NCBI GenBank assembly: GCA_026770705.1 | Contig: JANJGN010000039.1 | Location: 1,798,001 to 1,862,000 of the forward strand | Length of the DNA stretch: 64,000 nt | Direction of reading: 5' to 3' | From: Isurus oxyrinchus | Lineage: Eukaryota | Shown here: positions 39,290 to 51,940 of the stretch, in pieces | Layout: the number at the start of each line of letters is the position of its first letter | Position numbering within the stretch: position 1 is the stretch's first letter | Program-made: the position numbers and the translations under genes | The notes under the pieces: generated by a model | What the model was told of the DNA's origin: nothing | The model's input: the letters and a program-made list of their open reading frames with translations, nothing else | The model's database searches: none

Positions 39290-39970
39290 GATTAAACTGC
39301 CCCTTGATCAGCACTGACTAAACCAGACTTCCCACCCTGCATAGTACATGTTGCTTCAGTCCTTCTGCAATGAATCAGCGAAAGATACGTTCTGAACTTT
39401 TCCTCGACAATGCTCACCTTGCCTATCAATGTCACATTACTCATCGTGCCTTAAAACTACTGACTGGTCTGTCATGAACCCCTACTTCACACCGCTAGTC
39501 TCCATAAACATACTTCCTTACTTGTATTGTCGTTGAACGCCAGCATGAGGGCGCCTGAGTAAACATTCATTCAGCCTCTTCTATGTGGGACTTTTTTGTA
39601 GTCCAGTGACCATTATAACATTTCCTGTTTATTGCAATTCCACCTATACCATCCCAAGTGCCCAGACTTGCCCAGGGCTACGTTTTTTCTTCAAACTGTC
39701 TCTCCTGTTGCACAATGAAACATCCCACCACTTACTGAATCTATTAAATACCCGGCACACTTTCCACCACTACATCTTCCAGAACAGAACTCTACTATGC
39801 TAAATCTTTATTTTGTGCCCGCATTTCACAGTCCACATTGCACCTGCACACGTGAATTCGCTCTTTCCACCTCCTTTTTCTCATTTAAAATTTAACAAGC
39901 CAAGGCTTTTTTGGACCTTCAGTCAGTCCAGTACACATTCACCCTCAGCGCGCTGAATCTTCAGTGCACA
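39290..39970 (+). mobile_element. L2-type LINE 3' fragment
   Basis: CACATTACTC..GTGCCTT..ACTGACTGG resembles the HITPVL..LHW motif of L2 ORF2. Confidence 0.45.
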
Positions 39971-40236
39971 ATAGCTGTTCAGAATTCATTGAGGGTGCTG
40001 CTCCCTAAGGATGAATAATCAATTAACGCTTAACCATCCTGCGCACTTTTACTAGGTTCAATGCATATATAAAACACGTTGCTATTGGAAATCATGCTAA
40101 ACATGCTTGCATTAAACAATTTAAAAGATGCATGAAGAAACTAAATTTGCAATGAATACCGTTTGCTGCAAACAAAAGAAAAATATGTTCATCTTTGTTG
40201 TTTATCTCATGTTATGTGTCTCTCTCTCTCTTACAG

Positions 40237-40545
40237 TGAATGGCGTTGCAATTGTGAATCTTTTGCGAGGAAAGCATGGTCTCTACAAATGCATTACATA
40301 CTATATGATGGCAATGGCAGCGGCTGGTCTCCTTATTGATTGTGCTGTTATCATAATGACCTGTTTAATTCTGGTCATTGAGGCCTGTGTGCCAGCTAGC
40401 TGCGACAATGATTTATGAGTCACATCAGCCTCTTTCTGGTTAACATTGATATCGCCCTTATGGTCACTGCGTTCTGTAATACACTCTGTCTGTGCTTCGT
40501 GGTAAGTTCTCTAATATAACTGTTTTATGTGTGGCTCTTTTTTCC
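40237..40545 (+). pseudogene. GPR139/142-like GPCR pseudogene 2 (exon 2 fragment, TM1 to ~TM4, with deletions)
   Basis: Polypyrimidine tract plus TTACAG| then (V)NGVAIVNLLRGKHGLYKCITYYMMAMAAAGLL; frameshifted PVCQLAATMIY..FWLT; same phase-1 acceptor as the intact gene. Confidence 0.85.
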
Positions 40546-43500
40546 TGTTACTCTACCAACTACCTTAATCTATACGTCTCAGGTTCATTATCTTCAATTC
40601 TTTCTTTCTAAACAATGTTATCAAATACATTGTTAGATAATTGAATTTCAACACATTCTCCCTGACCTTTAGATTCCTGTTCTTCATGTTTCAACCTGTG
40701 AGCTTGTGACCTTGTTCCAATGCAACTGGGAAGGAACCTAGGATGCTCTTTCTGCAAAACATATGTTGAAAATAACTCGACATATGCTCAACTACAATAG
40801 ATATCAGCCACATCTGTGATCCAGGAATTACATTACCTAAAACAAATTGTATCAATGTAATGGGCAATTTGCCACTCCTCAGACAAACAGCTCACCTATT
40901 TTCCACCTACTGTTAACATGTACCTTCCACAAGCATCTCGATGATTCCCAATTATTATCACCTGTTCTGGCAACACATCCTCTGAGCAACAAATATCACT
41001 CTCCGGCAACATTAAGGATTGTCTCGCCCATGTATTTCCTTAAATTCTAATATATTTTCCTGCTCTGCCCTATACACAGTGAAAGATTTCCGCATCGTGT
41101 ACAAAATGTTTATACATTTCCACAACCTGCTCCCCAGAACTCGCTTGGGTTATGAACACATTCAAGTCATTCTTGACATATCATTGATTCTTCCTTTCTT
41201 TACCGCTAAACGAAACATTTCTTTTTCCTCTGCCTGAAGCTCAGAAGCCACAATAATTTTATACCCAGAAATTTGCTGCATCTGATTAATTCCCTGAATT
41301 TTCCCTGAGATTTCCAACACACTGACTTCTTGTGCCCAACTTTATCACTTTGAAAACACTTCAAATTTGGATTGTCTCTTCAGTCCTTAGCAGCGTCCAA
41401 TTTAGTTTTTGAAAAATAAATTGTTGCTTGGATATTGCACCTGCTCCTTCCCTCCCCTTATTACACACAGTACTTTCAGTTTCCTATTTTGTATGCCTCA
41501 CTTATTTAAAAGGGTGACGAAAAGAAACGAATAGATGTAGGAGATAACTTCTAATGGTCAGCTATTTCTGTGGCATGTCTTACCGTTTTAACCCTCTGTC
41601 CCTCCACATGAGATCTCACGACCGAAGGAAGTGAATCTTTTAGTTAATCTAAAACTACTCCTTCTCGGAAGCACCATATGTTGTCTCTATATTTAATGCT
41701 TGGATTTATCAATCGAAATTATTGTGTTTAACTCTTCCAAACTCAGTTTACATTTGCCCAGGCTCCTTTTTGTACTCCTAAATTTCTTGATGTCTGCCTC
41801 AAGATCCAACTCATATGCACTCAAATATGTATCTTATCACTTCAGAATACATTGAGCTTTCTTCTGACAGTGAAGCGTAACTATAATGAGCTCCACTCAA
41901 TAACGTATACCTTAACAACAATGTCAGGTTTACTTCTGGTGAGTTAATCTCTTTATTATCTCCTCAAATGTAGCAGAGTGCGCCTGGACGTCTCTCCCTC
42001 ATCAATCTTGGAAAAGATTGAACAAATTTAGATAGCTCCCCAGCAGGATATACGTTTTTCAAAATCAGAACTTACATCAACATCATATGTCTCTTTTTAA
42101 AAACTCTAACGTATTAAAATCAGAACTCTCTATCTCTTTCCTTGAATCTCTCCTCAATTGTTAACGTTTTCTTCTGGAGATCAAGTTTTTATATTTCCAA
42201 AATTTTTTGACATAATCTCTTTTGTTTTTTTTTGCATCCAATTCAAGTTTTTTCAGTTACTTTGCTTATTGAAATTCAAGCCTCCTCAATTCCAACTGGA
42301 GTTTCACTACCTCCAGCTTTGACACATTAGTTTCAGTTTTTACTTCCAACATAAAATGTTGTGCTATCAGTTCAACTATATCTGCTTTCTTTTCTCCCAC
42401 ATTTAGCCTCAACTGCAACTTAACCACAGACCTGTTGCTTACCCTTAGATTCATTTGCTGTAACCAAATGGGAGTTATTAATGCTATTTCCAGTAACGAT
42501 TTAGCCATTGATAAGGGCATCTTGCTGTCTCCCAACTTTAACAATACCTCAAGCCAACTCCTGAATTCAAAGCGCTTCTCGTACCTCCAACCTTAATGTT
42601 CAGCTTTTCCAAGCCACTCAAATATTTTCAAATATACAGCAATTACTCCTCATTTTTTATGATGCGACAATGATGTGGGCTAGGTGGATGAAACAGACAA
42701 AAAAAACTTGTTCAAGCAGTCACAACGATTTGGCAATATGTATTTATTTCGAGATGCATGCCCTAAATTTAGGGGTTATAAGCCCATAAATTTTTCGGTA
42801 AACTAAATTAACCATGCAATAACAACAGTTAGGATCAAAGGCAAATGCATAGGTCTACAAATTAACACACTAATAAATCCTAAAACGCCTAATTAATTTG
42901 GCTTCCATTTACACCCTCGTTAAGGCAACAGTAAAACAAGAAACACATCCCGCCTAGTCACACATCACCCTGGACAGAATAATTCAAAGTGGCGTTTTTC
43001 ACATAAAATAATATCACGAGAAATATTAGATATTCGGTAAAATATGGTTTAAATGGATTTCTAAAATACATAACATCAAGCCCTCAAGGAGGATATTGTT
43101 TTCATTACTGGACACAACAATTTTACAATAATTTGAAAGCATTTGGACAGTTGCAGAATAATTTCACCACTATCGCTCTAAGGAAGAGAATTATAAATTA
43201 CTTAGCAAGATCGTAGCAGTTGAAGAGGGAAAGGTTCAACATGGCTCGGTAGGGAGAGAGTTAATAAACCTCATGGAGGTTTGAGTTTATTGTAAACAGG
43301 GCCGAGTGAACTGGTTTGTAAATGCTCAAAAGGAATCGGCAGGTTTGTAGCCCAGGGGCCGCTGACAGTTCAATAATCATTGGGGAATGAAATGATGCTC
43401 CCTGATTGGGTGAGGTAGGTGTTGATCACCGGGCGGATTTCTCTGATTATGTCAGGCGAATGTCAACGAAATACCAAATAGGCTGAGTGAATCGTGGTTC

Positions 43501-43889
43501 ACCTGGTCAATCATTCCGATTGGATGAGGTGGCTTTCAACAATGGGGTGCGTGAATTAATAGAGTGGTTGTGGAGATGGTGGTTTGGGGTAATGTTTGTG
43601 AGTCCCTGGGTGAAGCTCCGGCTTGACTGTGCTACCTGTAAGACAGCAGGTGGAGCTCCCGGATTGGCTGAGTCTCTGAAAAATATGTAGAACCGATACT
43701 TCACGACAGTCTTTAACTGCTGTCTGATCATGGACTGACTCACCCCATAAATTAACATCTTTGTGCAGTAACTTTAATTCATCAGCATAAACTTGGCACT
43801 TTAACATATATAGTAAGGAAATCTATAGTATACTAATTCACTAATTTTAACATATACGAATGTATAAGATTCCCCGACCAGGAATGTGA

Positions 43890-44305
43890 TTTTGTGCTGG
43901 TTAGAATACATTCATACAGGGTGTTGATAATTGAGTGGATTTAGTGCTGGGTAACATATATTCAGCAGAGTGTTTGATAAGTGAGTGGGCTTACTGCTGG
44001 TTAAAATCAATTGAGCAGAGTATCGATAAGTGAATGGGATTTAGAACTGGTTAAAATACATTCAACAGAGTGTTGATAAGTGAATGGGATTTAGAGCTGT
44101 TTAAAATACATTCAACAGAGTGTTGATAAGTGAGTAATTTAGTGCTGCTGAAAATACATTCAGCAGATCATTGAGAAGTGAATGAGATTTAGTGCTGTTT
44201 AAAATACATTCAGCAGAGTGTTGATAAGTGTGTACTGGTTAAAATACATTCAGCAGATTGGTGCTAAGTGAATGGGACTTTCACTGCTTAAAATACATTC
44301 AGCTG
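43890..44305 (+). repeat. 50-bp minisatellite, ~8 copies (TTAGTGCTGGTTAAAATACATTCAGCAGAGTGTTGATAAGTGAATGGGAT)
   Basis: 50-bp period visible at 44041-44090 and 44091 onward. Confidence 0.9.
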
Positions 44306-44309
44306 CCAT

Positions 44310-45065
44310 TTCCATGTCCCCCATTCTTAATGCGCAAATCTCATCCACGATGTGACTAACATTTAGTTCCTCTTTTGTTTCATGTGTGTTTGAAGGCTCT
44401 TTTAATGTATGTTGCCACATTTCTTGCCAGGCATGCGCTAATGTCTCCAACCGAATTTTCTTTGGAAACTGTTTTGCATGTGCCTACATTTTCTCAGTCT
44501 TCTGGCCGAATGCTAATCTTGGCTTAATTGTGCACTGTTCCTTTCCAGGTATAAAACGCTTGCCTTTCTGAGTTAGCCACGGGGACATCACCCTTAATTT
44601 AGTTGATGACCATTCCTAGAATAAACTACTTTTTAATTATGGCGTGTGTGAATGGCCCGCACTCTCTCAGACTTTGCCTATATTCTCAAAGATTTGCAAA
44701 CCGTTTAATCCTTAAAACCAACTTACTAATTTTCCACACACATCTCAATAATTCAGTCACCATCTCACTGAGCGTCATCAACAATCTTTGATATAAAGTT
44801 CCATGTTGCTGCATCAGGGTTTTATGTGCATTTTAGTGAACTGGCAGCTGAGGCTGCAGAACAGATCCTGGGTTGACACAATCACTCATGTTTGTTGGAT
44901 TGGAGGACACCACCTTTTTCTGAATGTCTGCCTCCCACATTTTAATTTCTTTCATATCCTGGCCATTAGGGCGCTCCCAATTCCATTCAACCCTAACATG
45001 TACCTCCTTTATCAGGGAAGAATCGATATGAATTAGCAGCCGATCACGGCACAAGAATACATAAA
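44310..45065 (-). mobile_element. CR1 ORF2 endonuclease-region fragment
   Basis: Antisense WEADIQKKVVSSNPT..SDCVNPGS resembles the CR1 EN region around DSFL.QYV..PTR and LDLV. Confidence 0.5.
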
Positions 45066-45849
45066 GGTCCATTTATTTTTAATGCTTGAAATGATTTAAA
45101 GAAAAGGACGGCAACCACCCTCGGATATTCCTCATCGGGAAACTAGAGTCGATTTGAAAGGACAGACAGTCACCATTCCCTGCATCATGACAGAGAAAAC
45201 CGTTCAAATCTGATTTTACAGGGATAATCCACGCCTGCCCTCTCCAGAAATCCTCACAAAAGTCACCACTGGGACATTAAGGATGACCAGAAAGCGGCAC
45301 AGAGGACGGCAGCAGCGCGAAAATAATGCGCCCCCTCCCCTCCCCGGTCACTAAAAGCTGGTTAGCCTGTGATGGTCATTATCGAAGGCCAGTGAAACGC
45401 TACCAGGAGACATCATATATGGGATTAGCTCACTTGATGTTCAAATGGGGGCAGACTGTATTTGAATGTAACAGTGATAAATAGTCTGATTTCGTGTCGT
45501 TATTCTCCAACAATGTTATTGTGAAAAAGGGTCCTAGACTGACTGAGAGCAGGGATCGAGTCCAACCCGCCTGACAGCAAACCCTCAGCTCGAATGTTGC
45601 TTTCCAATTTTAGCAGATGGCTCTCTGATCGAGCAGAATGATATGTTCAACGTCCCAATAGCAGCACGGGGTCACGGTTTCGTTTACCTTTCACTGCAGT
45701 GAGTCTAGTGACTCCTCCTAAGGCACTTCCAGACAGTTTACCCTTCTGACATTGCATGTTTCCTGGCAGATTACCTTAACTGGGTGATGGATCTTTTGAG
45801 AAACTATTGTTATGTGGAATACTGTAACTCTATTGCATTCCAATACAGC

Positions 45850-46320
45850 ACTGACGGATTTCTGCACTGATGGACTATCAGTACTGAATTGTACTGCAAT
45901 ATCTGTGTTTCAGTACTGAGGAGTTGCTGCACCGCCAGAGAGTCAGTACTGAGAGAGCAGGACACCGTCAGAAGCATCAATGCTGGAGCAGAGATGAATT
46001 ACAGGATGGTCGGTACAGCTCAAGTGCTGCATTGTCGAAAGATCAGTACTGGAAGTGTGCTGTACGTTGAAGACAGGGATAGAGTGAGACAAATGCAGAG
46101 GGAGAGAGAATGAAAGACAGAGATTTTGAGAAAAAAACAAAAACAAAAATAGAGGTAACAGGAAGGCGAGATGAAGAGAGAGGGTGAGAGAAAGAGGTGG
46201 ACAGCACTGATGGAGCGCTGCACTATCGGTGGGTCAGTACGAAATCATGCTTTTCTGTCAAATTTCAAAACCGAGGGGCTGCTGCACTCTTGTAAGGGCA
46301 GCGCTGAGGGATCATTTCTG
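45850..46320 (-). repeat. Degenerate copies of the 33-bp unit flanking a purine-rich arm
   Basis: CAGTACTGAGGAGTTGCTGCAC, CAGTACTGAGAGAGCAG, GCACTGATGGAGCGCTGCACTATCGG. Confidence 0.65.
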
Positions 46321-46460
46321 TGTATTTGTCTCTCCGTCTCTCCCTCTCTTGCTCTTCCTCTCACCTTCCTGTTATCTCTCATTTTGTTTTTGTTTCTTTC
46401 TCAACATCGGTCTGTCTGTCTCTCACTCATTCTTTGTCCTTCTCTCACTCAATCCCTCTC
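46072..46460. repeat. Imperfect inverted repeat (~130-bp arms at 46072-46200 and 46330-46460)
   Basis: GAGGTAACAGGAAGG pairs with CCTTCCTGTTATCTC; TTGAGAAAAAAACAAAAACAAAAAT pairs with ATTTTGTTTTTGTTTCTTTCTCAA. Confidence 0.8.
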
Positions 46461-47847
46461 TTAAGTCCTTTTCACGTCCTCTGCCCTGTCACTCAATGTC
46501 TCCCTCTCTCCCTTTCTTATTGTACGTCTCTCCCTTTCTCACTGTTGTTCTCTTCCAGCCTCTAGTTCTCTCTTTATCTCTTTCTCGCTCTCTGTCTTTC
46601 TGCCGCTCACCAGCCAGGCATGTTCACCTCGCACTATGCCTCCACCTCTCTCTCTATCAGCCTTTTCCTCTCCCCCCACTCACACTCTTTCTATCTCTTT
46701 TTCAACCTCTTTTTGTCTTTCTCTGTCTGTTAAGCAACCTGTGTCTTTCTCTCCTTCTCTCTCTATATCAATCTGCATCTCTTTTAGGGAGATCGAGGTC
46801 CAGTTGTGCCATCTTGCCCAACACACACACTCCAAATCCCCTGCAACGCCGCCCCCTTTCTGCAGCTGAATTGATACCCACTTCCGTTGCAAACACTAGC
46901 ATTCAGTGGGAGCTGGCGTGCTGCCCATACACTGATTTCCACTGTTACCTCACTTTCACTTTGTTATCTTACTGCGTTGTTGGTTACCCTAAATCTATGC
47001 TGTGACCACATCTCCTCTGACGAGACCGCACCACGTTGCACTCTGACATTCCATTTCGGCTTCCAATCACGTGTTGGAAGGAGGATTCATGTCCAATCAC
47101 TGAGAAGCAGCGGACAGTTCCACCGGCGATTTTAGAAGTAGCCTATCAGTGGCTTAGTTTTCTGTTCATTCAGTGCGAGAGAGAAGTATAATGGCCATAT
47201 TTCGTGGGCAATGGAAGTGTGGAAATGGCTTGAGATGTGTCTCCTGCCCTTCCCGTGTGAGGGATGGGGACGATGGGCTTTGCAATCGTCCAATGGGATG
47301 GGAGAAGTAGGTCAGTGGTGAACATTCAGTGCCTCCTCTCGTCCCCGCACACCCCCACCCTCCCACCACCATCTTCCCACCCCCGCCGCATCACTGTAAA
47401 TAAGAGAAAATGCTTTAATTCCAGAACATCATGGTTTCTTTGCTCCCGCAGTGAGAGAAATTTTCCTCCTTTCAAACTGAGCAATGAGCTGATAAAATAT
47501 TGGATGCGCTGAGTCATTATGTTCCATTGATAAAGACACCTTGAACGCACTGGACACCCCCATCCTACACCCCCTCCCCCGTGCCAGCTGGCAATGTTAA
47601 ATTCAATGAGAGAATTCATGAAACTCCTAGAATTTAATACTTCCAGATAGTAAACCCACTTCCACCTCCCAAATATCCCCACCCCATCTCCCAGCCCCAT
47701 CCTCTGAAAACGTTAAGTTAAATGTTAAAATTCAGGATGTTCGCATTGATTCTTTCAGCCCAGTGATATACCCTGCTGAAAATGTGAAATAATGTCCTAG
47801 AAATGTCAGATATTCAGCTCTTCTAATCATTGAACAAAGTAAAGAAT

Positions 47848-48725
47848 TTAAGTGAAAGGATATTTCAACATTTTCCACAACTGCTCCCTGAACCTAGTCT
47901 GTGTCACAGCATAAATCCAAGTGTTTGTGCAGCAACTAAGGAGCTGCAGCATGAAGCCCAATTCCAGAACAAAAAAATCTAGATACAGGGAATTATAGCC
48001 TAAATCAGACATCCGGAACCATATGGAAAAAAACATTAGCATTCCCCATAAAACGATGAAATTGGTTGAAATATAAAAGAGTAACATGATCGATTTCTTT
48101 CGATTCTCCACCGCTGGGTCTTTGGGGCTTTGCCCACTCCTGTGAGCCCGGAGTCTCATGCGGGCCCTGCTGGTCACTAAAATATACTCTATGGTCAAAA
48201 TATTGATGAGCAGGATCAGCACAAATGGGACACACGGTGTTAGAATGTGATGGGTGAACTCGATTGTTACCCAGGCAGGATTGAACAGAACCTCCTTTCT
48301 GTAACCACAAAACGAGGGGAAGTTTACCATCCAGTACTGACCTGTGAACAAAAAATACCAGAAAATGTTCTTTGAACAGCTCAGTGCAATGACGGTTCCA
48401 AGAATCACAGCTGCCGTTTTCTCACTGCAATATTTAGTTTTTAGCTTCGGGCAACAAATGGCCACAAATCGATCCAAGGTAAAAGTGACAGTGAACCACA
48501 CAGAACAGTCAGTGGCTGCATAAAGCAGGACGGCATGGATATTACACACTGGGATTGATCGCAGGAAAGAAAAATACTTATCAAACACAATTGGAATATG
48601 CCTCAGTATTAGGTCCAGGATAATAACCAGTAGATCAGCTACTGCCATGGCCTCCAGGTAACGGGTAACACAATTGGAGAGGCCACACCTTCGGCGCCTG
48701 AGTATCACAATCGTGACCAGGTTCA
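47848..48725 (-). CDS. GPR139/GPR142-like class A GPCR, coding exon 2 (TM1 C-half to TM7 and helix 8)
   Basis: Open frame with AMAVADLL (TM2), LDRFVAICC (TM3), PFVLILLIN (TM5), FIVLW (TM6), CCTNTWIYAVTQTRFREQL (TM7/H8); acceptor TTTCTTTGCAG| at 48726. Confidence 0.93.
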
Positions 48726-49849
48726 CTGCAAAGAAAGGTAATAAACAATAAAACGCTATATCACTCTGGTACCAAAGTTGCCAGTTTAATTGAGATGCAA
48801 TGGAGATGTGTTACAGCATCCTCCAGTGTAATGAAATGAATGGTCCAGAAACATGGTATAAAAAATGTCTGTGATATCGTGGAAGGCAGGATACATTGAA
48901 AGGTTAAAATAAGGAGGTGGGAATAGAGTGGAGATGGGAGTTTGCGGGAGAGTGGGAATATTTGCGAGACAAAAAAGGAAAGGAGTAATCGGGGGATAAT
49001 CGGTGCACGTAGCGGTGATGACAGCGCATGGAGTGGCGGGCGAGCGTGCCCATTACGGGTGGTACCCATGGGTGATGGTGGAACTCATGAGTGAGAGGGG
49101 AGACGTGTTTGAGTGAGAGCAGCCAGAGGTGATGATTGCGTTCAGGCAAATAAGTGAAATGGGGTAATTTATTATTTTGCTCAACATATCTCCTGACAGG
49201 AAGGCTCTGCAGTTATGTGATGGAATGTTTCCTCTGTCCAAGGATGTTATTTTAGGAATTTCGAAGAGAGCTTTCTTGCGAATTGTCATTTCAAATTAAA
49301 TGCTAAATGATCGTTTCTTACAAAATACGAAATGCAAGTAATAATGATCATGTACACGACAAACACTCATACACCCTCACACAAAAATAATAATTTGCAG
49401 AAATGCTGCACATACTTAAATTATTACGAGTGTAGAACAGGAACAGCTCATTCCTTAATATGCTTAATGTGCTGGTTGTAAACATTGCAGGACTGAGGTC
49501 TTCATTCCTCGGTTATTGAAGACAAATTGAGTTTTTAAATATCTGGCTTTTAGTCTACAATGTGGTGGAGCCTCTGTGTTGACGATATGTACCAACATGT
49601 ACAGCCTATCAGCCTCTTTTAATGCTTGAAATCTTCAAAAATGTCTCTTAAAAATGTTATTTTGGAGTGTTTCTATTATGAGCAAAAGTCTCCCTGTCCT
49701 TCGATCTTGGTGTTGGATTTCCATTCTCCAAACACTAAAATTTATGTTGTGTACAACTTCAGAAAATGAAGTTATGTGCAAACTGGATTCTTAGTGGCAC
49801 ATCTAGACAAGCTGTCAAAGGCGAAAGCATCCAGAATATATCTTACCAC

Positions 49850-50780
49850 AATCTCCTCTTCTCCTGAAGTGTACTCCGGATTCCTGGTGACAATGCCTGT
49901 GTCCTTATGTTGGTGATTATATGAAGGATGCAGCAGAACACTATGAACATGACCACCTGCTCCAGGGTGTAACGGAGGGTTCAATCCCAATGGTTCAGGA
50001 ATGAGAAGCGTTTCTTTCCCACAATGGCGGGCTGATCCACAATGGTCTGTGCGACTCCATTGCTCTTGGTATTGAGGTGTTCTGTTCACCTGCTTGGTTG
50101 GAGGTAGGGAATGGCGAAGTTGCATTCTTTTGATCCATGTTCCTAAGGGGCAGCCTTCATCTACGAAAAGCCACTGTGTGCTTCCCTATGGAGCTACGGA
50201 GATGCTGGAAACGTCCGACTGCTTCATAATGAAGTGTTGTGGCTCTCGCCAGGAGCTTGGATGTTCACCAACATGATGTACTGTCCATAAATATACATCG
50301 AATGGACGTGAATTCAGTCAGAATTCGTTCAGAGCCTTTAACTCTGTCCATTCTAATGGGGACACGGCAGAATTACGTACGCCATCGTGAATCCCTCTGC
50401 CCTGGGAGGCCATGGGACCGACCAATCTGCTTCTCCCTGTTAAGGGAGCAAAAGTACAAACGTGGCACCCAACAGAGATGTGCTCTGTCAGCTAATGAAT
50501 ACATAGTTAGACAAAATACTGGGAGATAATTAATATAACACCAGCTATTCTCCTGCGTGGACTGTTCCGAATCCATAGCAGTTTCAATGATCATATGAAC
50601 ACCGTGTCCAAACACAGCAGCTCCCGCACCCTGGTGTGCGGCCCCAGGTCCTGTTGAAGGAGGTGACACGGGTCTGTAACACCTTATTGTTTTGTCAGAG
50701 TTATATCCGTCTATGAATATGTTTTAGGTATAGGTTTGTAAAGTGTTCCTGACAATCCAGGGGTGCTTAGAGCAGTGCAA
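49850..50780 (-). mobile_element. PIF/Harbinger transposase pseudogene in the GPCR intron (element may extend to a TIR-like end at ~51468)
   Basis: PGESHN..IMKQS, WLFVDEGCPLGTW, KKRFSFLNH and LRYTLEQVVMFIVFCCILH resemble HARBI1-type PGSxHD, WLLGDxGYPL, KxRFRCLD and LQYxP..IVxCCxLHN. Confidence 0.8.
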
Positions 50781-51006
50781 CACCTCTCCCCCCCAAAAAC
50801 AAATGTTAACAGGCGGTCCCCTCCCTATTCACTCCGCTCATTTCGCTCGTCATGGTACAGGTCCAGGTGCACTGTAACTACATCCCCAAAACCTCTTCCA
50901 AGGTTGGGCCTATAAATCCTCTATCCTCTCTCAATTTACGCAGCCCTTCACAGCACAGCACAATGAAGACCATCTAAAGCACCTCAATGGACTTTGAAAT
51001 AACAGT

Positions 51007-51145
51007 GATAAAAACAAAACAACAGCAGATGCTGGAAATCCAAAAAGTTCTGTCGAAGGGTCATGAGGACTCGAAATGTCAACTCTTTTCTTCTCCGCCG
51101 ATGCTGCCAGACCTGCTGAGTTTTTCCAGGTAATTCTGTTTTTGT
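51007..51145 (+). mobile_element. Short Penelope-like insertion with inverted tail piece, hammerhead motif and 14-bp flanking duplication
   Basis: TTTGAAATAACAGT at 50993-51006 and 51146-51159; AGTT-CTGTCGA-A-GGGTC-ATGAG-GACTC-GAAAT-GTC-AACT at 51046-51084. Confidence 0.75.
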
Positions 51146-51940
51146 TTTGAAATAACAGTAGTCAGTCAAAGTCCGTTCAGCTGACAGTCAGATGTCTGGC
51201 CCGTTTCAGTTAAACTGGAAAGGGTGCCTCGTGTTTTTAAACAAATATTTAGCTGAGAGTGATTAACACAGGCTTTCGGTGGGCGGGTACAGCCAGTGTT
51301 TCAAAGGCATGCATCAAACATGATGAAAACCCCCGCACAACACGGGACACCATGTGTGAGTTTCTGGACATGGGATTGATTGGAGAAGCGAGATTAAATT
51401 GTGATCAAATCACACGATTGGGAATTTTGAAATTGACGGACTGAAAGACTTGGCAGCAATCTTGGCCCTTGAGCACAGGGATAATGGTGGAATGAGAATT
51501 GGCATGGACAAGTTTACAAAGATTAGAGTTTTGTGTGGGGCATGTTTTAAGAACGTTTGTAGCAGCAATTGTCTGGCCAGATTAACATTTTAATAGCCGA
51601 GTCTGGCTTGGACAAATGCACAGCTGAGGGATCATTCGGGTGATGTGTTGATGCAGCGAGTATAGTGGGTGAGGATAAAGAGCTGGTAGAAGACAGGCTT
51701 AAGGATAGAAAAGGTGAGGGCTCACAAATCAGCTCAGGGCAAAATGGAGCATGGAGGTCGAAGACACTATGGTTCAGGCTTGGATAGTAGTGCGGTAGGC
51801 GGGTGGAGCGACTGGATATGGAACGATCATTAAAACGGGAACAGTAGCAAATGACTTCCATCTTCCTGAAATGTAAGAGACAATAACAGTAATACAGTCA
51901 ATCTGGTTTAAGGAACAGATTGTTGCATATAGGTTCTTAC

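Larger units (their letters stand above)
37750..43100 (-). mobile_element. Degraded Gypsy (Gmr1-like) LTR retrotransposon, interrupted at ~39100-40545
   Basis: gag KADIVELIAQHFML..LEVVKLQLELRRLE (42266-42544) and KFVQSF (~42030); post-protease IQFVLGN..QKEHP..TRSQAHRLKHEE (40690-40860); IN C-terminus/RT/RNaseH-like pieces at 37800-39000; order inferred as gag-PR-IN-RT-RH. Confidence 0.65.

Noticed and set aside
46229-47005. 258-aa Leu/Ser-rich ORF
   Set aside because: Product of a CT-rich low-complexity tract; the GDRGPV after an AG does not continue as Gly-X-Y.
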